From assembly GCA_963782115.1 (NCBI GenBank), contig CAWAIK010000001.1, positions 384,001-448,000 on the forward strand: a DNA stretch of 64,000 nucleotides. Direction: 5' to 3'. The notes under the pieces were generated by a model. The model did not search any database and had not been told where the DNA came from. It worked only from the letters and a program-made list of their open reading frames with translations. The position numbers were made by a program, and so were the translations under genes. Below are positions 1 through 10,036 of this stretch, piece by piece. Each line of letters starts with the position of its first letter. Position 1 is the first letter of the stretch. The DNA is from an uncultured Verrucomicrobiae bacterium. Lineage in GTDB: Bacteria > Verrucomicrobiota > Verrucomicrobiia > Chthoniobacterales > JAFAMB01.

Positions 1-1428
1 GTAGTAGAACGTGACAACGCCGGTCAAGAAGTCGGTAAAATTATAAGCAAGGTTAAACTCGAAACCCTCTACATTTAAATTGCTGAGAGCGAAGTTGCTG
101 CTGTTAATGTTCGGATCGATCGAACTGATTCCCATCTGGCGATAGTCGGCGGAGATGGAAAAGTCGCCCGCCTTATTATTCGTACCGAATCTCAAACCAA
201 TCAACCAAGCCAGATTATCCGAAAGGCTCGGCTCCACACGACCGCTGAAGCTGGGCGTCGCCGATTTGCCGACGTAGAAGTAGTGCGAAAAGAGGGGGCC
301 GTAATCCTTGTTGAACCGATCATTACCCAAGGTGTTGTAAGCAAAGTCCCAGTACAGAGAAAGAGGCATATTGAAAATCTTGTAGGTGATGTCGCCCGGT
401 GCGAGAAGGATCAATAGGTCTCGCTGGGTAACCGGGAACGGCTGAGAGTTATTCAGCGGCTGACCACCGTTAAACGAGGTGGTGGTGGGTGGCACAAGGG
501 TTCCGTTTGCGGCAACGGCGGTCGCGCCCACCGCCGCGTCATTATCGGCCAGGACCCCGGGAGCAACCGTGATCGTGAGCTTGTCGCCGAGATGCAGACG
601 GGCGAGAAGCTGTTGCTGGAACTGGTAAGCGTCCCACTTCAGCTGCGTATTGCCCGAGTCCGCGTTGTTGTTTTGGAAGATGAACTGGGCGGCGATTAAG
701 CTTAGTTCCAGCGAGACGCCCGGAACCGGTGCTGGCGGGGTTATGGGCTCTTTGTTTCCCTTACCTTCAGCCGCGACGGGCTCGCCGAAGGAGAGGTTAA
801 AAAGCTTATCAAAGTCGAGGCGTTCCACCAGACCTGTTGGATCCACCTCAGGGTCGTAGATCAGGTCAGTGGTGTAAAATGGGTTGGCCTGTTTGCCGGC
901 GATGAAGGTTAAACCGGAGACCGGGATCCAACCCATAAAGGCGCGCGAAATATAGATGTTATAGTTGTCATAACCTCCGGTGTAGGTCGCGTTTTTCGTA
1001 TCGGCTGCGCGGTTATCGCTTGTGGAAAGCATAACGCCTCCAAAGAAATTGCTCTCAAGCTGAAAATCTGCACTCAAACGCAGCCGGAAGCGCCAGCGAT
1101 CCCGTGGGATATCCTGGTCCTGAGCCCCCAATTTGGGATTTGTCAGGATCATTGGCGTACGCTGATCCCATTGATTTCGAATCCGAAGATCGCCGCTGAG
1201 TTTCAGTTCCTTCACCCAGTCGCCAACCTGGATTTTTCCGGGAGGGGGGGCCGTCACCTCGTTGGCCGTCTCAGCGCTGATTTCTGCGGCCTCCTTCTCC
1301 GTGAGGACACCTTTTCGCACAAGGGCATCAAGCAGCGCCTGATCACCTTTCGATTGAGCGTTGGCCACTAAGCTGGTCGACGCCGACAAAGCTGCTATTG
1401 CCAACAAAGGCAGTGCACTTTTTATCAT
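1..1428 (-). CDS. Putative outer-membrane porin (putative_porin family), 3' end runs off the window
   Basis: Read by hand from ATG 1428: MIKSALPLLAIAALSASTSLVANAQSKGDQALLDALVRKGVLTEKEAAEI...ELKLSGDLRIRNQWDQR...RDRWRFRLRL...YISRAFMGW...AGKQANPFYTTDLIYD. Signal peptide plus the LLxxLVxKGVL and RxRxRLRL motifs. Absent from the ORF track because it has no stop in the window. Confidence 0.85.
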   Translation of the reverse strand, partial: MIKSALPLLAIAALSASTSLVANAQSKGDQALLDALVRKGVLTEKEAAEISAETANEVTAPPPGKIQVGDWVKELKLSGDLRIRNQWDQRTPMILTNPKLGAQDQDIPRDRWRFRLRLSADFQLESNFFGGVMLSTSDNRAADTKNATYTGGYDNYNIYISRAFMGWIPVSGLTFIAGKQANPFYTTDLIYDPEVDPTGLVERLDFDKLFNLSFGEPVAAEGKGNKEPITPPAPVPGVSLELSLIAAQFIFQNNNADSGNTQLKWDAYQFQQQLLARLHLGDKLTITVAPGVLADNDAAVGATAVAANGTLVPPTTTSFNGGQPLNNSQPFPVTQRDLLILLAPGDITYKIFNMPLSLYWDFAYNTLGNDRFNKDYGPLFSHYFYVGKSATPSFSGRVEPSLSDNLAWLIGLRFGTNNKAGDFSISADYRQMGISSIDPNINSSNFALSNLNVEGFEFNLAYNFTDFLTGVVTFYY

Positions 1429-1914
1429 CTTACCCCCTGGTTTTTTCAATGGTTAAGGATTCAATCACTCGGAAAATGCGTCCTCCGTGAGTCAGCCGGT
1501 CGAACCACAGACTTGTCTTCAACTTCCCCGTTGTCACGTAAGAAAAGATAATCCAGATCGAATTGATAGAGTTAAGCCGTTTTTACCGCAAGAACTTTTT
1601 GTGGGGTCTCCGTTCAGAGCGAGCGCAATTCAGCATATCAGGCGCGGCGACTTTCAGGCAATGTCTTCCGCAGTTCGTGGACCGGGCCAGGCTTACCGGA
1701 AGATTTTGATCGCAACAAAACACCTGCTGTTTCGGGACCGGACACCAGAGGCGAACTCGGCTGCGGGCCACGTGCAGCGTGCAATGCCCTTGGGCGGCGG
1801 CGGTTTTCTTCAATTCGGTTGGGCGAAATCCACGAAGGGCTGATTACGCCCTCGACAGCCTGTTTTGAACAGGCTGCGCCCTCTGCTATGGTCCCAAGGG
1901 AGGTATTGGATTTT

Positions 1915-2386
1915 ATGAGCCGGCGCCGGTTTCTCTTTTTCGCTTTTCTTCTTGCGACGTGGCAACCGCTTGGCGCTGAGAAAATCGACAATCGCAACTT
2001 CGCAATCGACACCTATTATCCGACGCCGAACGAGATCCGGTTGGCCGATCAACGCGCCCGCAAATACTGGGAAAAGCATGCTGCAAAATTTGGATCGAAC
2101 CCGGTTTATCTCGCTGTTGAGACATCGAAAATATTCCCGAGCGAGGTCCAGGGTCTTTGGCCGAAACTGATTAACTCTGAGACGACTGCCAGTTTCTTTT
2201 CGCACGGACTTGATCAGCAGACTTACAGCAATCTTGACCTCCATGGGATTATGATCTTTGACATCCGTACCAGCCATTTCGTGAGCAATCGAGGATTTAT
2301 TTCGGTCGACACGCCGCCATTGGGGGCGTCTGGCGCGTTTTGACAATTACATCGCCAGGTACATCGGTTTTGCCAATTGGGGTTGA
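1915..2386 (+). pseudogene. Secreted hypothetical protein, probably frameshifted near the C-terminus
   Basis: Signal-peptide-like MSRRRFLFFAFLLATWQPLGA. The frame stops at 2343, but a shifted frame continues LARFDNYIARYIGFANWG to TGA 2386. Confidence 0.5.
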
Positions 2387-2777
2387 ACCGGCAAGTTTCG
2401 CTAGCGTGGCCCGACCCAACCTGTGCTTTCCGACTCCGGAACGTCGGCCATAGGATTTGAGCGTTGGGCGGGCTGGACGGTTGTCGGCACAAAGGTATGG
2501 ATGCCGTGGTCAAAGAAAAGAGCGCTTCGATATAGACCAACAAGGAACAGGACACCAGAGTCGCCTTTTTCAGGCTGCGCCAGGCAGATTCGACCCGCGT
2601 CAGGGGTGAAAATGCGTCAAATTTCCTCCGGCACCTCTGGTCGCACACTAAAAGCGACACCCTGGGACGAAAAATGTTCAAAAAATTTTGTATTTTGATC
2701 TAGACAAGTGCGCCGGATCTCCGCTAGACGTCGTGTTGTTCTTCATGAAATACCTTAACCAAGAAAAAACACGAGAA

Positions 2778-4574
2778 ATGGATTCCTCCTTTCAATGGCC
2801 AGGAATACGTGGCTTGAAATATACGTTAGTAGCTGGTTTGACGCTACTGACCACTGATGCGCTTTTTGCCCAAAGCGCCGGTCAAAGTGACGTGGATGCG
2901 CTCAAGACGCAGATGAACCAGATGCAGAGACAATACGAGCAGCGCATCGAGGCGATGGAAGCCAAGATGAAGGCGCTCGAGTCGAACGCCAACAGTGGTT
3001 CCATCCTGAATACCCGAGTCTTGACCGATGCGGATGGTAAAGAGATGCCAGGCAAGGCTCAGCCAATGCTGGACGAGTCCTTCCTGAAGTCGCTGACCCG
3101 CAATTTCACGTTTAATGTGTACGTCCGCGCCGGCTTCCAATTCAACGGCAACGGCGGCGGTGGCAATTTTAACTTTGAAATACCGGATAACGCTGGCGGC
3201 CGGTTCCGTCTCGGTAACGAAAACGACCTCTACATGGAATTGAGCTTCAACCAGGCTCACATTCTGGGGGACAGCCCCGACGTGGCGGACGTTTCGTTTA
3301 GGGTAACGCCAAACTTCTTCGACAACGTAACCCATGGGACAGGCCCCTCTACGCAAGATGCAAACGGGGACTTTGGCGTGGGCATGCGTGAAGCGTTCGT
3401 GGAGATGAAGAATGTCTTCAAGAGCGCTCCTGAAATTACCTTTTGGGGTGGTCAGCGCTTCTACGATCGGTATAACATTGACCCGAACGACTGGTTCTGG
3501 CTGGATACCTCCGGCTTCGGAGTCGGCGCTTACAATATCCACCTTGGCCCGGGCAATCTCTATATCGCCTGGTTGGGCTCCATTGCGGATAATCTCAATT
3601 TGAATAAGACTCCGGACCAGATCAACAGCGTCGGCAACCAGTTCAAGCACACGTTCGACATTCGATATAAGGACATCGACATTGGCTTTGGTAAATTGTC
3701 CTTGGTGGCAATTGGCAACTACTTCAAGGGTGCAGAAGTCACCCAGAACGGTGGAGTGACGTTCACAAACGCCTTTGGCGGTACGGACATTGCCATTGCC
3801 CGCAGTTCGGATGCATGGGGTGCCGGCGGTGGTGCTATCTGGCAGTATGACTTCGGCAACAAGAGCTATTTGCGACTCTGGGGTTTGGCCGGATGGGGTG
3901 CCACGGACTTCAATTCTGACATTAACGGGGGCCAGATAAATAACGCGTTTGAAAACAACGTCGACAATATTTTGCTTGGCCACACTGTCACGAACGTCCA
4001 CCAGACCGGTGTCAGTGCTACCGGTGTTCCCATCTTTTCAGGCAGCGTCAATCCCTTTCAGGAGGCCCATCTATATCGAGCGGGTTGGGAATTCGTTTGG
4101 AATCCGACCGACAGATTTGCGATGGATTTCTGGGGATATTGGGACCAGAGCAGTCAGGGCTACCAGCAGGTTGGCTTAAACGCAATTGGAGCGGTCAAAG
4201 TCGCGAATATGACGCGTAATTACTATGGAGTCGGCTTCCGGCCGGTCTTCTGGGTCGCTGACAACTTCGCCATCCAGGGTCAGGCGGGCTACAACTACGT
4301 CGATAACGTCCGCGGGTACTCCGGCACAAACGCCTTCGGCCGTAGTGGATCGTTTGGAATCTTTACCATTGCACCAACGATCAAGCCGGTGGGCGGATAC
4401 TTCACGAGGCCTGAGATTCGTATTTTCGCTACCTACTCAATCTGGAGCAGTTCTCTTAAAGGAACGACGACTCCGATTGGTGAAGGCACGAACGTGAGCG
4501 GTTCAACCGCACCGTACAACAGTGGCCAAAACCAAGGTTGGTTACTTGGCAGTCAGATGGAGATCTGGTTTTAG
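2778..4574 (+). CDS. lamB: Carbohydrate porin, LamB/maltoporin family, with N-terminal coiled coil
   Basis: Signal peptide, coiled-coil segment (DVDALKTQMNQMQRQYEQRIEAMEAKMKALE), LamB motifs GRFRLGNENDLYMEL, FWGGQRFYDR and FTRPEIRIFATY, and C-terminal GSQMEIWF. Alternative start at 2745. Confidence 0.88.
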   Translation: MDSSFQWPGIRGLKYTLVAGLTLLTTDALFAQSAGQSDVDALKTQMNQMQRQYEQRIEAMEAKMKALESNANSGSILNTRVLTDADGKEMPGKAQPMLDESFLKSLTRNFTFNVYVRAGFQFNGNGGGGNFNFEIPDNAGGRFRLGNENDLYMELSFNQAHILGDSPDVADVSFRVTPNFFDNVTHGTGPSTQDANGDFGVGMREAFVEMKNVFKSAPEITFWGGQRFYDRYNIDPNDWFWLDTSGFGVGAYNIHLGPGNLYIAWLGSIADNLNLNKTPDQINSVGNQFKHTFDIRYKDIDIGFGKLSLVAIGNYFKGAEVTQNGGVTFTNAFGGTDIAIARSSDAWGAGGGAIWQYDFGNKSYLRLWGLAGWGATDFNSDINGGQINNAFENNVDNILLGHTVTNVHQTGVSATGVPIFSGSVNPFQEAHLYRAGWEFVWNPTDRFAMDFWGYWDQSSQGYQQVGLNAIGAVKVANMTRNYYGVGFRPVFWVADNFAIQGQAGYNYVDNVRGYSGTNAFGRSGSFGIFTIAPTIKPVGGYFTRPEIRIFATYSIWSSSLKGTTTPIGEGTNVSGSTAPYNSGQNQGWLLGSQMEIWF

Positions 4575-4603
4575 GTTGCCTTCTCCAGGGTAAGCTATTC
4601 ATT

Positions 4604-4642
4604 AATCTCCCCCCGCCGGCAGCGGCGGGGGGAGATTTTTTT
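4604..4642 (+). terminator. Rho-independent terminator after the porin
   Basis: AATCTCCCCCCGCCG-gcag-CGGCGGGGGGAGATT stem followed by a T-run. Confidence 0.85.
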
Positions 4643-4649
4643 ATCAGCA

Positions 4650-5640
4650 TCAGCTTATGCATTGCAGGTAGCTGACAACGATCTTGAGCTCCTCGGCATG
4701 GAAGTCTGCACGCAGGAACTCATACCAGAGTCGCTCGCGGTCAAAGCGAAGGGTGAGTTTTTGACCGGGGAATTGGCAATAGAGCTCGTGGGCGGCAAGG
4801 GTGTTGGCGTCCATGGCGAATAGCGATTTTGTTTAAGCAACCAGGGAACTGAACCACGGCAACCGGTCCGGAGCGGCTTGTAGATGAGCGGTGCTGATCA
4901 ATGAGTCACCGGAAAAAGCGGCGGCTTCGATCGCGCGTTGGGCCAGGTGATTGATGGCGCGAGGCAGTCCATCGGTGGCCTGGATAAGCAATTCGAGCGC
5001 TTGGTCCTCAAAGGGATTGGCATGGACGCCCACCGCGCGAAGCCGAGTGGCCACGTAGTCGCGAGACTGGGCCGGCTCGAGCCGAGCCAGTGCCAAGGCG
5101 AAGCCGAATCGTGAGAGTAGAGCCCGGTTGAGTGCGATGGATAAAGAGGGTTTTTCGCTCGTAATCGGCAGAGCCATAGGTTTTGGCATTCAGGTGTTTG
5201 TCGCAACGACGGGCCAATCTGGCGAAGGTGTCACGATGCCAGACCTCCACCACCGACCACGCGAAGGGTTCGTAACGCAGTTGCACCTGTCGTCCCCGCA
5301 GGTGCACGGGTACTTCCCAGAGTGTGGCCTGCAGCGAGATGGTGGCATCGAGCCGTACCCGGCGTGTGGCGCGCGCCAAAAAGAGCCGTTGCCAATCGGT
5401 GTCCTGCGGAAACTGACGCAACGGCTTTTTGGACGAAGCGCTCGGCCGGAGATCGGCCTCCAAGGCCACTGTGGCCCCGGCGATGATATTCCTTCTCTGG
5501 CCATTGCCAAAATCGAGCGTTGAGCGACTCCAGATCAGGCACCGGTTCCAGGCGCAAACGCTGCTCGAAATCGCCTTATACCGTTTGAGAGATTTTTTCG
5601 ATTTTCCCTTAGCTCCAAGCGGCATAAGGCCGGGCGTGGG
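4650..5640 (-). mobile_element. Degraded IS remnant: integrase/Mu-transposase C-terminal fragment, ExeA-like AAA ATPase C-terminal fragment, and a small accessory ORF
   Basis: Frameshifted pieces LESLNARFWQWPEKEYHRRGHSGLGGRSPAERF, RATRRVRLDATISLQATLWEVPVHLRGRQVQLRYEP, FEDQALELLIQATDGLPRAINHLAQRA, and MDANTLAAHELYCQFPGQKLTLRFDRERLWYEF (4814-4650). Confidence 0.75.
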
Positions 5641-5687
5641 CTAGTTTGATTTTGAGATTGGCGCAAATGACTTGCAGGTGGCTCTGG

Positions 5688-5713
5688 ATGTGTAAGTATA
5701 TATACGCTCACAT
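5688..5713. promoter_or_regulatory. Imperfect palindrome ending on an ATG, possible operator
   Basis: ATGTG-taa-GTATATATAC-gct-CACAT, whose last bases overlap ATG 5712, upstream of a DUF6788-like gene fragment. Confidence 0.4.
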
Positions 5714-5731
5714 GAAGTCCGGATTAATCCT

Positions 5732-5835
5732 ATGATCGAGCGAATTTTATCTCCCAAAGAGTTGCGCCAACTTCAGGAACGTTATCAAAGCTCCAATCCG
5801 AAATCGCCCAGTTAGGTTGGATCGCTCAAGGTAAA
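5732..5835 (+). pseudogene. Truncated copy of the DUF6788-like IS accessory gene at 13248-13543
   Basis: Near-identical to 13248-13349 (ATGATCGAxCGAATTxTATCTCCCAAAGAGTTGCGCCAACT...GGATCGCTCAAGGTA) with a 1-bp deletion, then joined directly to an IS end. Confidence 0.8.
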
Positions 5836-5842
5836 AACCGCC

Positions 5843-5890
5843 CCTAACTTAGTGCCGTTCGGGACTGTCCCCGAATGGCGCGAAGTTAAG
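5843..5890. repeat. Two outward-facing IS-like ends flanking GGGACTGTCCCC
   Basis: CCTAACTTAGTGCCGTTC (5843-5860) + GGGACTGTCCCC (5861-5872) + GAATGGCGCGAAGTTAAG (5873-5890). Confidence 0.75.
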
Positions 5891-5985
5891 CAGGTTTGGG
5901 ATGGTTTTTTGCCTCGAAGAGGCGATAGATTTCAGAATGACACGAGCCGACAACAAACAGCACTCGCTGTAAATTGTCGGCTCTT

Positions 5986-6372
5986 ATGAAAGAAACAATA
6001 ACGAGTGACGGTATCAGTGGAGAAAGTCTAGTCAACTATGTCAATCAGGTTCTGAAATTGGGGCTTGATGTGCATTATCGGCAGGTCACAGTGGCGATGC
6101 AGGAGGATGGGGGCCGGATCAAAGCTGCCGGGAAAATGGGTCACGCGGATTTTCTGAACTGGGTCCGCAAGAAGCTGGAAGAAGGCTGGGAAATTTACAG
6201 CTGTTACGAAGCCGGAGCCAGCGGTTACTGGTTACATCGGAAGCTAGTGAAGCTGGGGGTCAAAAACTTGGTGGTAGTGCCCAAGGCCATGGGTCGAGGA
6301 GGCAAGAAGCAAAAGACCGATAAGCGCGATGCTGGGGAGTTGTGCGATTCACTGGATCGCAGGCCTGATTGA
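5986..6372 (+). pseudogene. IS110-family transposase, N-terminal DEDD domain only
   Basis: LGLDVH, CYEAGASGYWLHRKL and KTDKRDA motifs. Stops at about 130 aa. Confidence 0.88.
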
Positions 6373-6443
6373 ACCGGCTCCCATTCTGGACGCGCGGTGC
6401 TTGCTCAAGCTTCACGATTTGGTTCAAACCGTAACAAAAAGGA

Positions 6444-6497
6444 TTGACGATGAATAAAAACAGGATATTATCAGACCAGTTATACAACTGGTCTGAT
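6444..6497 (+). promoter_or_regulatory. Sigma70-like promoter with overlapping palindrome (perfect 12-bp arms)
   Basis: TTGACG (6444)-16 bp-TATTAT (6466). ATCAGACCAGTT-atac-AACTGGTCTGAT (6470-6497) covers the predicted start site and ATG 6496. Confidence 0.7.
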
Positions 6498-6840
6498 GAT
6501 GAGCCCTTCCGATTCGCCTTCTGCCGAGCTGATCCAGCAACGTCAGGCTCTGGTCAGGCAGCTGCGACGGCTAGAACCCTTTATTCTGCGGGGTTCGTTG
6601 ATCGAACGCTTCAAACGCTGTGGCAAACCGGGATGCAAGTGTGCTCAGGGTCCCGGGCACGGGCCCAAAAACTATCTTTCGGTCAGTCAGCCCGGCGCTC
6701 GACCCCAAATGGATTACGTGCCGGTAGAGTACTCTCAACAGGTCTCCGAGTACCTCCAAAACTTTCAGCAAGTGCGTCAACTGCTGGAGCGGATTTGCAA
6801 CCTCAATCGCGAGTTATTACGGCGCCGAACAAAGTTCTGA
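6496..6840 (+). CDS. DUF6788-family protein
   Basis: LRGSLIERFKRCGKPGCKCAQGPGHGPKNYLSVS signature, directly upstream of the recombinase. Confidence 0.85.
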   Translation: MMSPSDSPSAELIQQRQALVRQLRRLEPFILRGSLIERFKRCGKPGCKCAQGPGHGPKNYLSVSQPGARPQMDYVPVEYSQQVSEYLQNFQQVRQLLERICNLNRELLRRRTKF

Positions 6841-6971
6841 GCCTTAAGCAAACATGGAGCCTTCAGCATCCCTGCTCGATCTGGATATGGCCGGGATGCT
6901 CGTCGCTAACTTTCTGCAAAGCTGGTTGCAAGCCAACCTAGCACAACAATCTCAGCCTCAGCCGATCGCTC

Positions 6972-9048
6972 ATGATATCCAAGATCCAATCCCGCCATCA
7001 CCAGAAGATGGCTTATGTGTATCTGCGTCAATCGACCATGGGCCAGGTGCGCCATCACCAGGAGAGCACCGCCAGGCAATACGCCCTCCAGGACAGAGCC
7101 CTGAACCTGGGCTGGCAGAGCGACCGGATTCGGGTGCTGGATCAAGACTTAGGCTTGTCCGGCACCCAGAGCAACAACCGCGAAGATTTCAAGACGTTGG
7201 TGGCCGATGTCTCTCTGGGAAAAGTCGGCGCCGTCTTCGCATTGGAAGCCTCTCGCCTGTCGCGCTCCTGCAGCGACTGGCACCGGATGCTCGAGATTTG
7301 CGCTCTTACCGGCACTTTACTCCTGGACGAGGATGGTTGCTACGATCCGGCCGATTTCAACGATCAGCTTCTGCTCGGACTCAAAGGAACCATGTCCCAA
7401 GCCGAGCTGCATTTCATTCGCGCGCGCCTCCAGGGCGGCAAACGCAATAAAGCCCGGCGCGGAGAGTTGCGTTTTCCTTTACCAGTCGGCTACGTCTATG
7501 GAGAGGAGCCGGGGAGCGTGTTGATCGATCCCGACCAGGAGGTTCACAGTGCGGTCGAACTCATTTTCGAACTCTTCCGCCAAACCGGCAGCGCCTACGG
7601 CGATGGTTCGGCATTTCGCTCAACACCAACTCCGCTTCCCCAAGCGTTCCTATGGTGGAGTTTGGAATGGCAAACTGCTTTGGGGCAACTTAAAGCACGG
7701 CCGCGTGCTGGGAGTGCTCAATAATCCTTCCTACGCAGGGGCCTATGTTTTTGGCCGATTCAGGTCGAGCAAATCTCTTTCCAGCGAGGGCCAAATCCAA
7801 TCCCGGGTGCTCGAGCAGCCGATCGATTCCTGGAGCGTGCTGATCCAGGACCATCATCAGCCTTACATCAGTTGGCAGGAGTATTTGGAGAACCAACAGA
7901 TTTTGTTGCACAACCAAACCAACAAACCCGATCAGCTCTTGGCTAATATCGCACGCGAAGGTCGGGCCCTGCTCCAGGGCTTGCTGCTATGCGGTGGTTG
8001 TGGCCGCCGGCTTTCACCTCGTTACAAGGGCAACGGAGGAATTTATCCCGTCTACGAATGCACTGCTGGTTCTCAGGACACGATTCACCAGGAGGACTGC
8101 ATTCACATTCAGGCTAATCTGGTCGATCAAGCCGTGAGCCAACGCGTTCTGGAGGTGCTCCAGCCCGAACAATTCCAGATCGCTTTGCGAGCAGTCAACG
8201 AACTGCAAGAGCGCCGCGAGGCGATTGACGGACAATGGCGAATGCGCATTGAACGCCTCGATTATCAAGGGCAGTTAGCCCAGCGACGTTATGAACAGGT
8301 CGATCCCTCTCATCGTCTGGTGGCCGCCACATTAGAGCAACGTTGGAACCAAGCCCTCGAAGAAACGCAGCGGCTCAAGGACGATTACCAGAAGTATCGC
8401 CAGCAACAGGGACTGGAACTGAGCGCCAAGCAGCAAGCCGAGTTACTGGCCATGGCCGAGGATCTCCCGGGATTGTGGCAAGCTCAGACGACTTCAGCCA
8501 AAGATCGCAAGCGAATGCTGCGCTTATTAATCAAGGATTTGACCGTCCAAAAACTCCGGGCTGAACGAAAAGCAATCCTCCACATTCGGTGGCAGGGTAG
8601 CGCGATTGAGGATCTCATGATCGATCTTCCTGTGCCCATGCCGGTACGGATTCGCTATCCCGAATCGATCGTTACCCAAGTCCGAACCTTGGCCCTGACG
8701 ATGACCGACTTGCAGATCGCCGCGACACTCAATCAAGCGCAATTACGTAGCGCCAAAGGCAAGCCATTCACCGATAGCATGATCCATTGGATTCGTTATC
8801 GCTACGAAATCCCAGCGCCTGTTTTGAAGCGACCCGAAGAATTTACCGTCAAAGAACTGGCTCGGCACTTTCAGGTCGGCAGCGGGGTCGTCCACAACTG
8901 GATCCAAAGGGGACATATCCCAACCCGCAGGCTGACAAAGACTGCCCCATACTGGCTTACCATGAGTCCGCAAAAAGAATCAGAGTTAAAGGCTAGGATT
9001 ACCACCTCCAGCCGAATTGAAATGGAGCCGATCCAAAAAGGCCGTTGA
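6972..9048 (+). pseudogene. Large serine recombinase (resolvase, recombinase, Zn-ribbon, coiled coil, C-terminal HTH), one frameshift near 7603
   Basis: YVYLRQST catalytic Ser, DQDLGLSG, EASRLSRS, LKGTMSQAEL, PVGY. Continues in ORF 7549-9048 with LNNPSYAGAYVFGR, LLQGLLLCGGCG, RRYEQVDPSHRLVAATLEQRWN and a terminal HTH. Confidence 0.9.
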
Positions 9049-9067
9049 ATGAGGTGCAATATGAAAC

Positions 9068-9325
9068 CACCGTCGGAATGCCGAGGGGTCGGAACTCAGT
9101 TTTGTCTCTATTCTTAGGAATATAGACCCTGCGCAGAGGCAGGGGCTCGTAAGAGCCATTTTTGAGTTGCCGCATCAGAGCATGGAGGTTATCCATGAGG
9201 TTGGCACTAAACATCTGGATGCTAACCTTATCGACCCCTGCGGTGCCTCGATTGCGCTTGACGGCCTTAAAGGCGTCACGCATGAGACCAATATCGATTC
9301 TGCCAATCAAGGAGTGAGCCTTCAC
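9068..9325 (-). pseudogene. Group II intron-type reverse transcriptase/maturase, N-terminal 86 aa
   Basis: AFKAVKRNRGTAGVDKVSI, LKNGSYEPLPLRRVYIPK and RPLGIPTV motifs. RT-like sequence ends abruptly after GIPTV. Confidence 0.9.
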
Positions 9326-9991
9326 GGCTGAACCTTTCTAACCTGTCGATTCACTAACCGTCCCGCTGGCCGGTGCCCGGGGTTAAAGGGGTGTTGCTTA
9401 GCTTGCCTTGGGTTAAGGCGTGAAGAGGCACGCCCTGGGCCGACTGCGGCTTGAGCCAAGGAGCTAACTACCCCGAAACCGGGCTGACCAGCGGAACGAC
9501 CTTTCATTCCCTTGGCCCGAGGGTCAAGGCAACTACTTTGATCGAGCTGAGTTCCCCAAACAGCGGGCCGAAGGTGGCTCGTTCCGCTGAGCCTCGCGTG
9601 GCGACCGCTTTTAGGCACTGCCTTATAGCGGTCGGTTACGACAGCCGGAGGCTGTCGACGAGGAGGGAGTTCAATGGTAGATGAGAGAGGCCATTTTCTC
9701 CAGGTGGCAACGCGTAGCACCCGAAAAGCCTGGCGGGTTAACCGCATCAAGCCGCCAGGAACTGCAGGAAGGAACCTGCAGATGCGCTTCGCCGTCAGGG
9801 CGGGGACTCGCGCGTCGATCAGGCCGAAGCGCCACCCCCGGAGTAACGTTGGCCGGCCCCGTCGTTACGCCGCATTGCTGCTGCGCACTGGCTACGTCCG
9901 CTCTGGCACAGGCCCAGAACTTCTGCCAACGTTTTCCACACGGGCGCGGACCCGCATGGGTAGGAATTGACACATTCTTCCCTTGTCTCAC
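9326..9991 (-). ncRNA. Structured RNA leader of the RT, probably the 5' domains of a group II intron
   Basis: About 670 nt with no convincing protein and many stems (9489-9499/9579-9589, 9602-9634, 9639-9657, CCTGGCGG/CCGCCAGG, TGCAGG/CCTGCA). Candidate 5' end GTGAG at 9991. Boundaries are uncertain. Confidence 0.55.
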
Positions 9992-10036
9992 CGTTTCTTA
10001 CTGCTGACTTAGTCTTTCTCATCTTGCATTTCACGC

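Noticed and set aside
6854..7450. 198-aa ORF overlapping the recombinase
   Set aside because: Mostly an alternative frame of the LSR. Only the first ~40 codons might be a real small gene, which cannot be supported from sequence alone.
7595..7610. Programmed frameshift in the recombinase
   Set aside because: No slippery run at the shift. A single-base insertion is the simpler explanation.
9068..9991. Retron or DGR
   Set aside because: The RT N-terminus has group II intron RT0/RT1 motifs. No TR/VR pair or msr-msd arrangement was seen.
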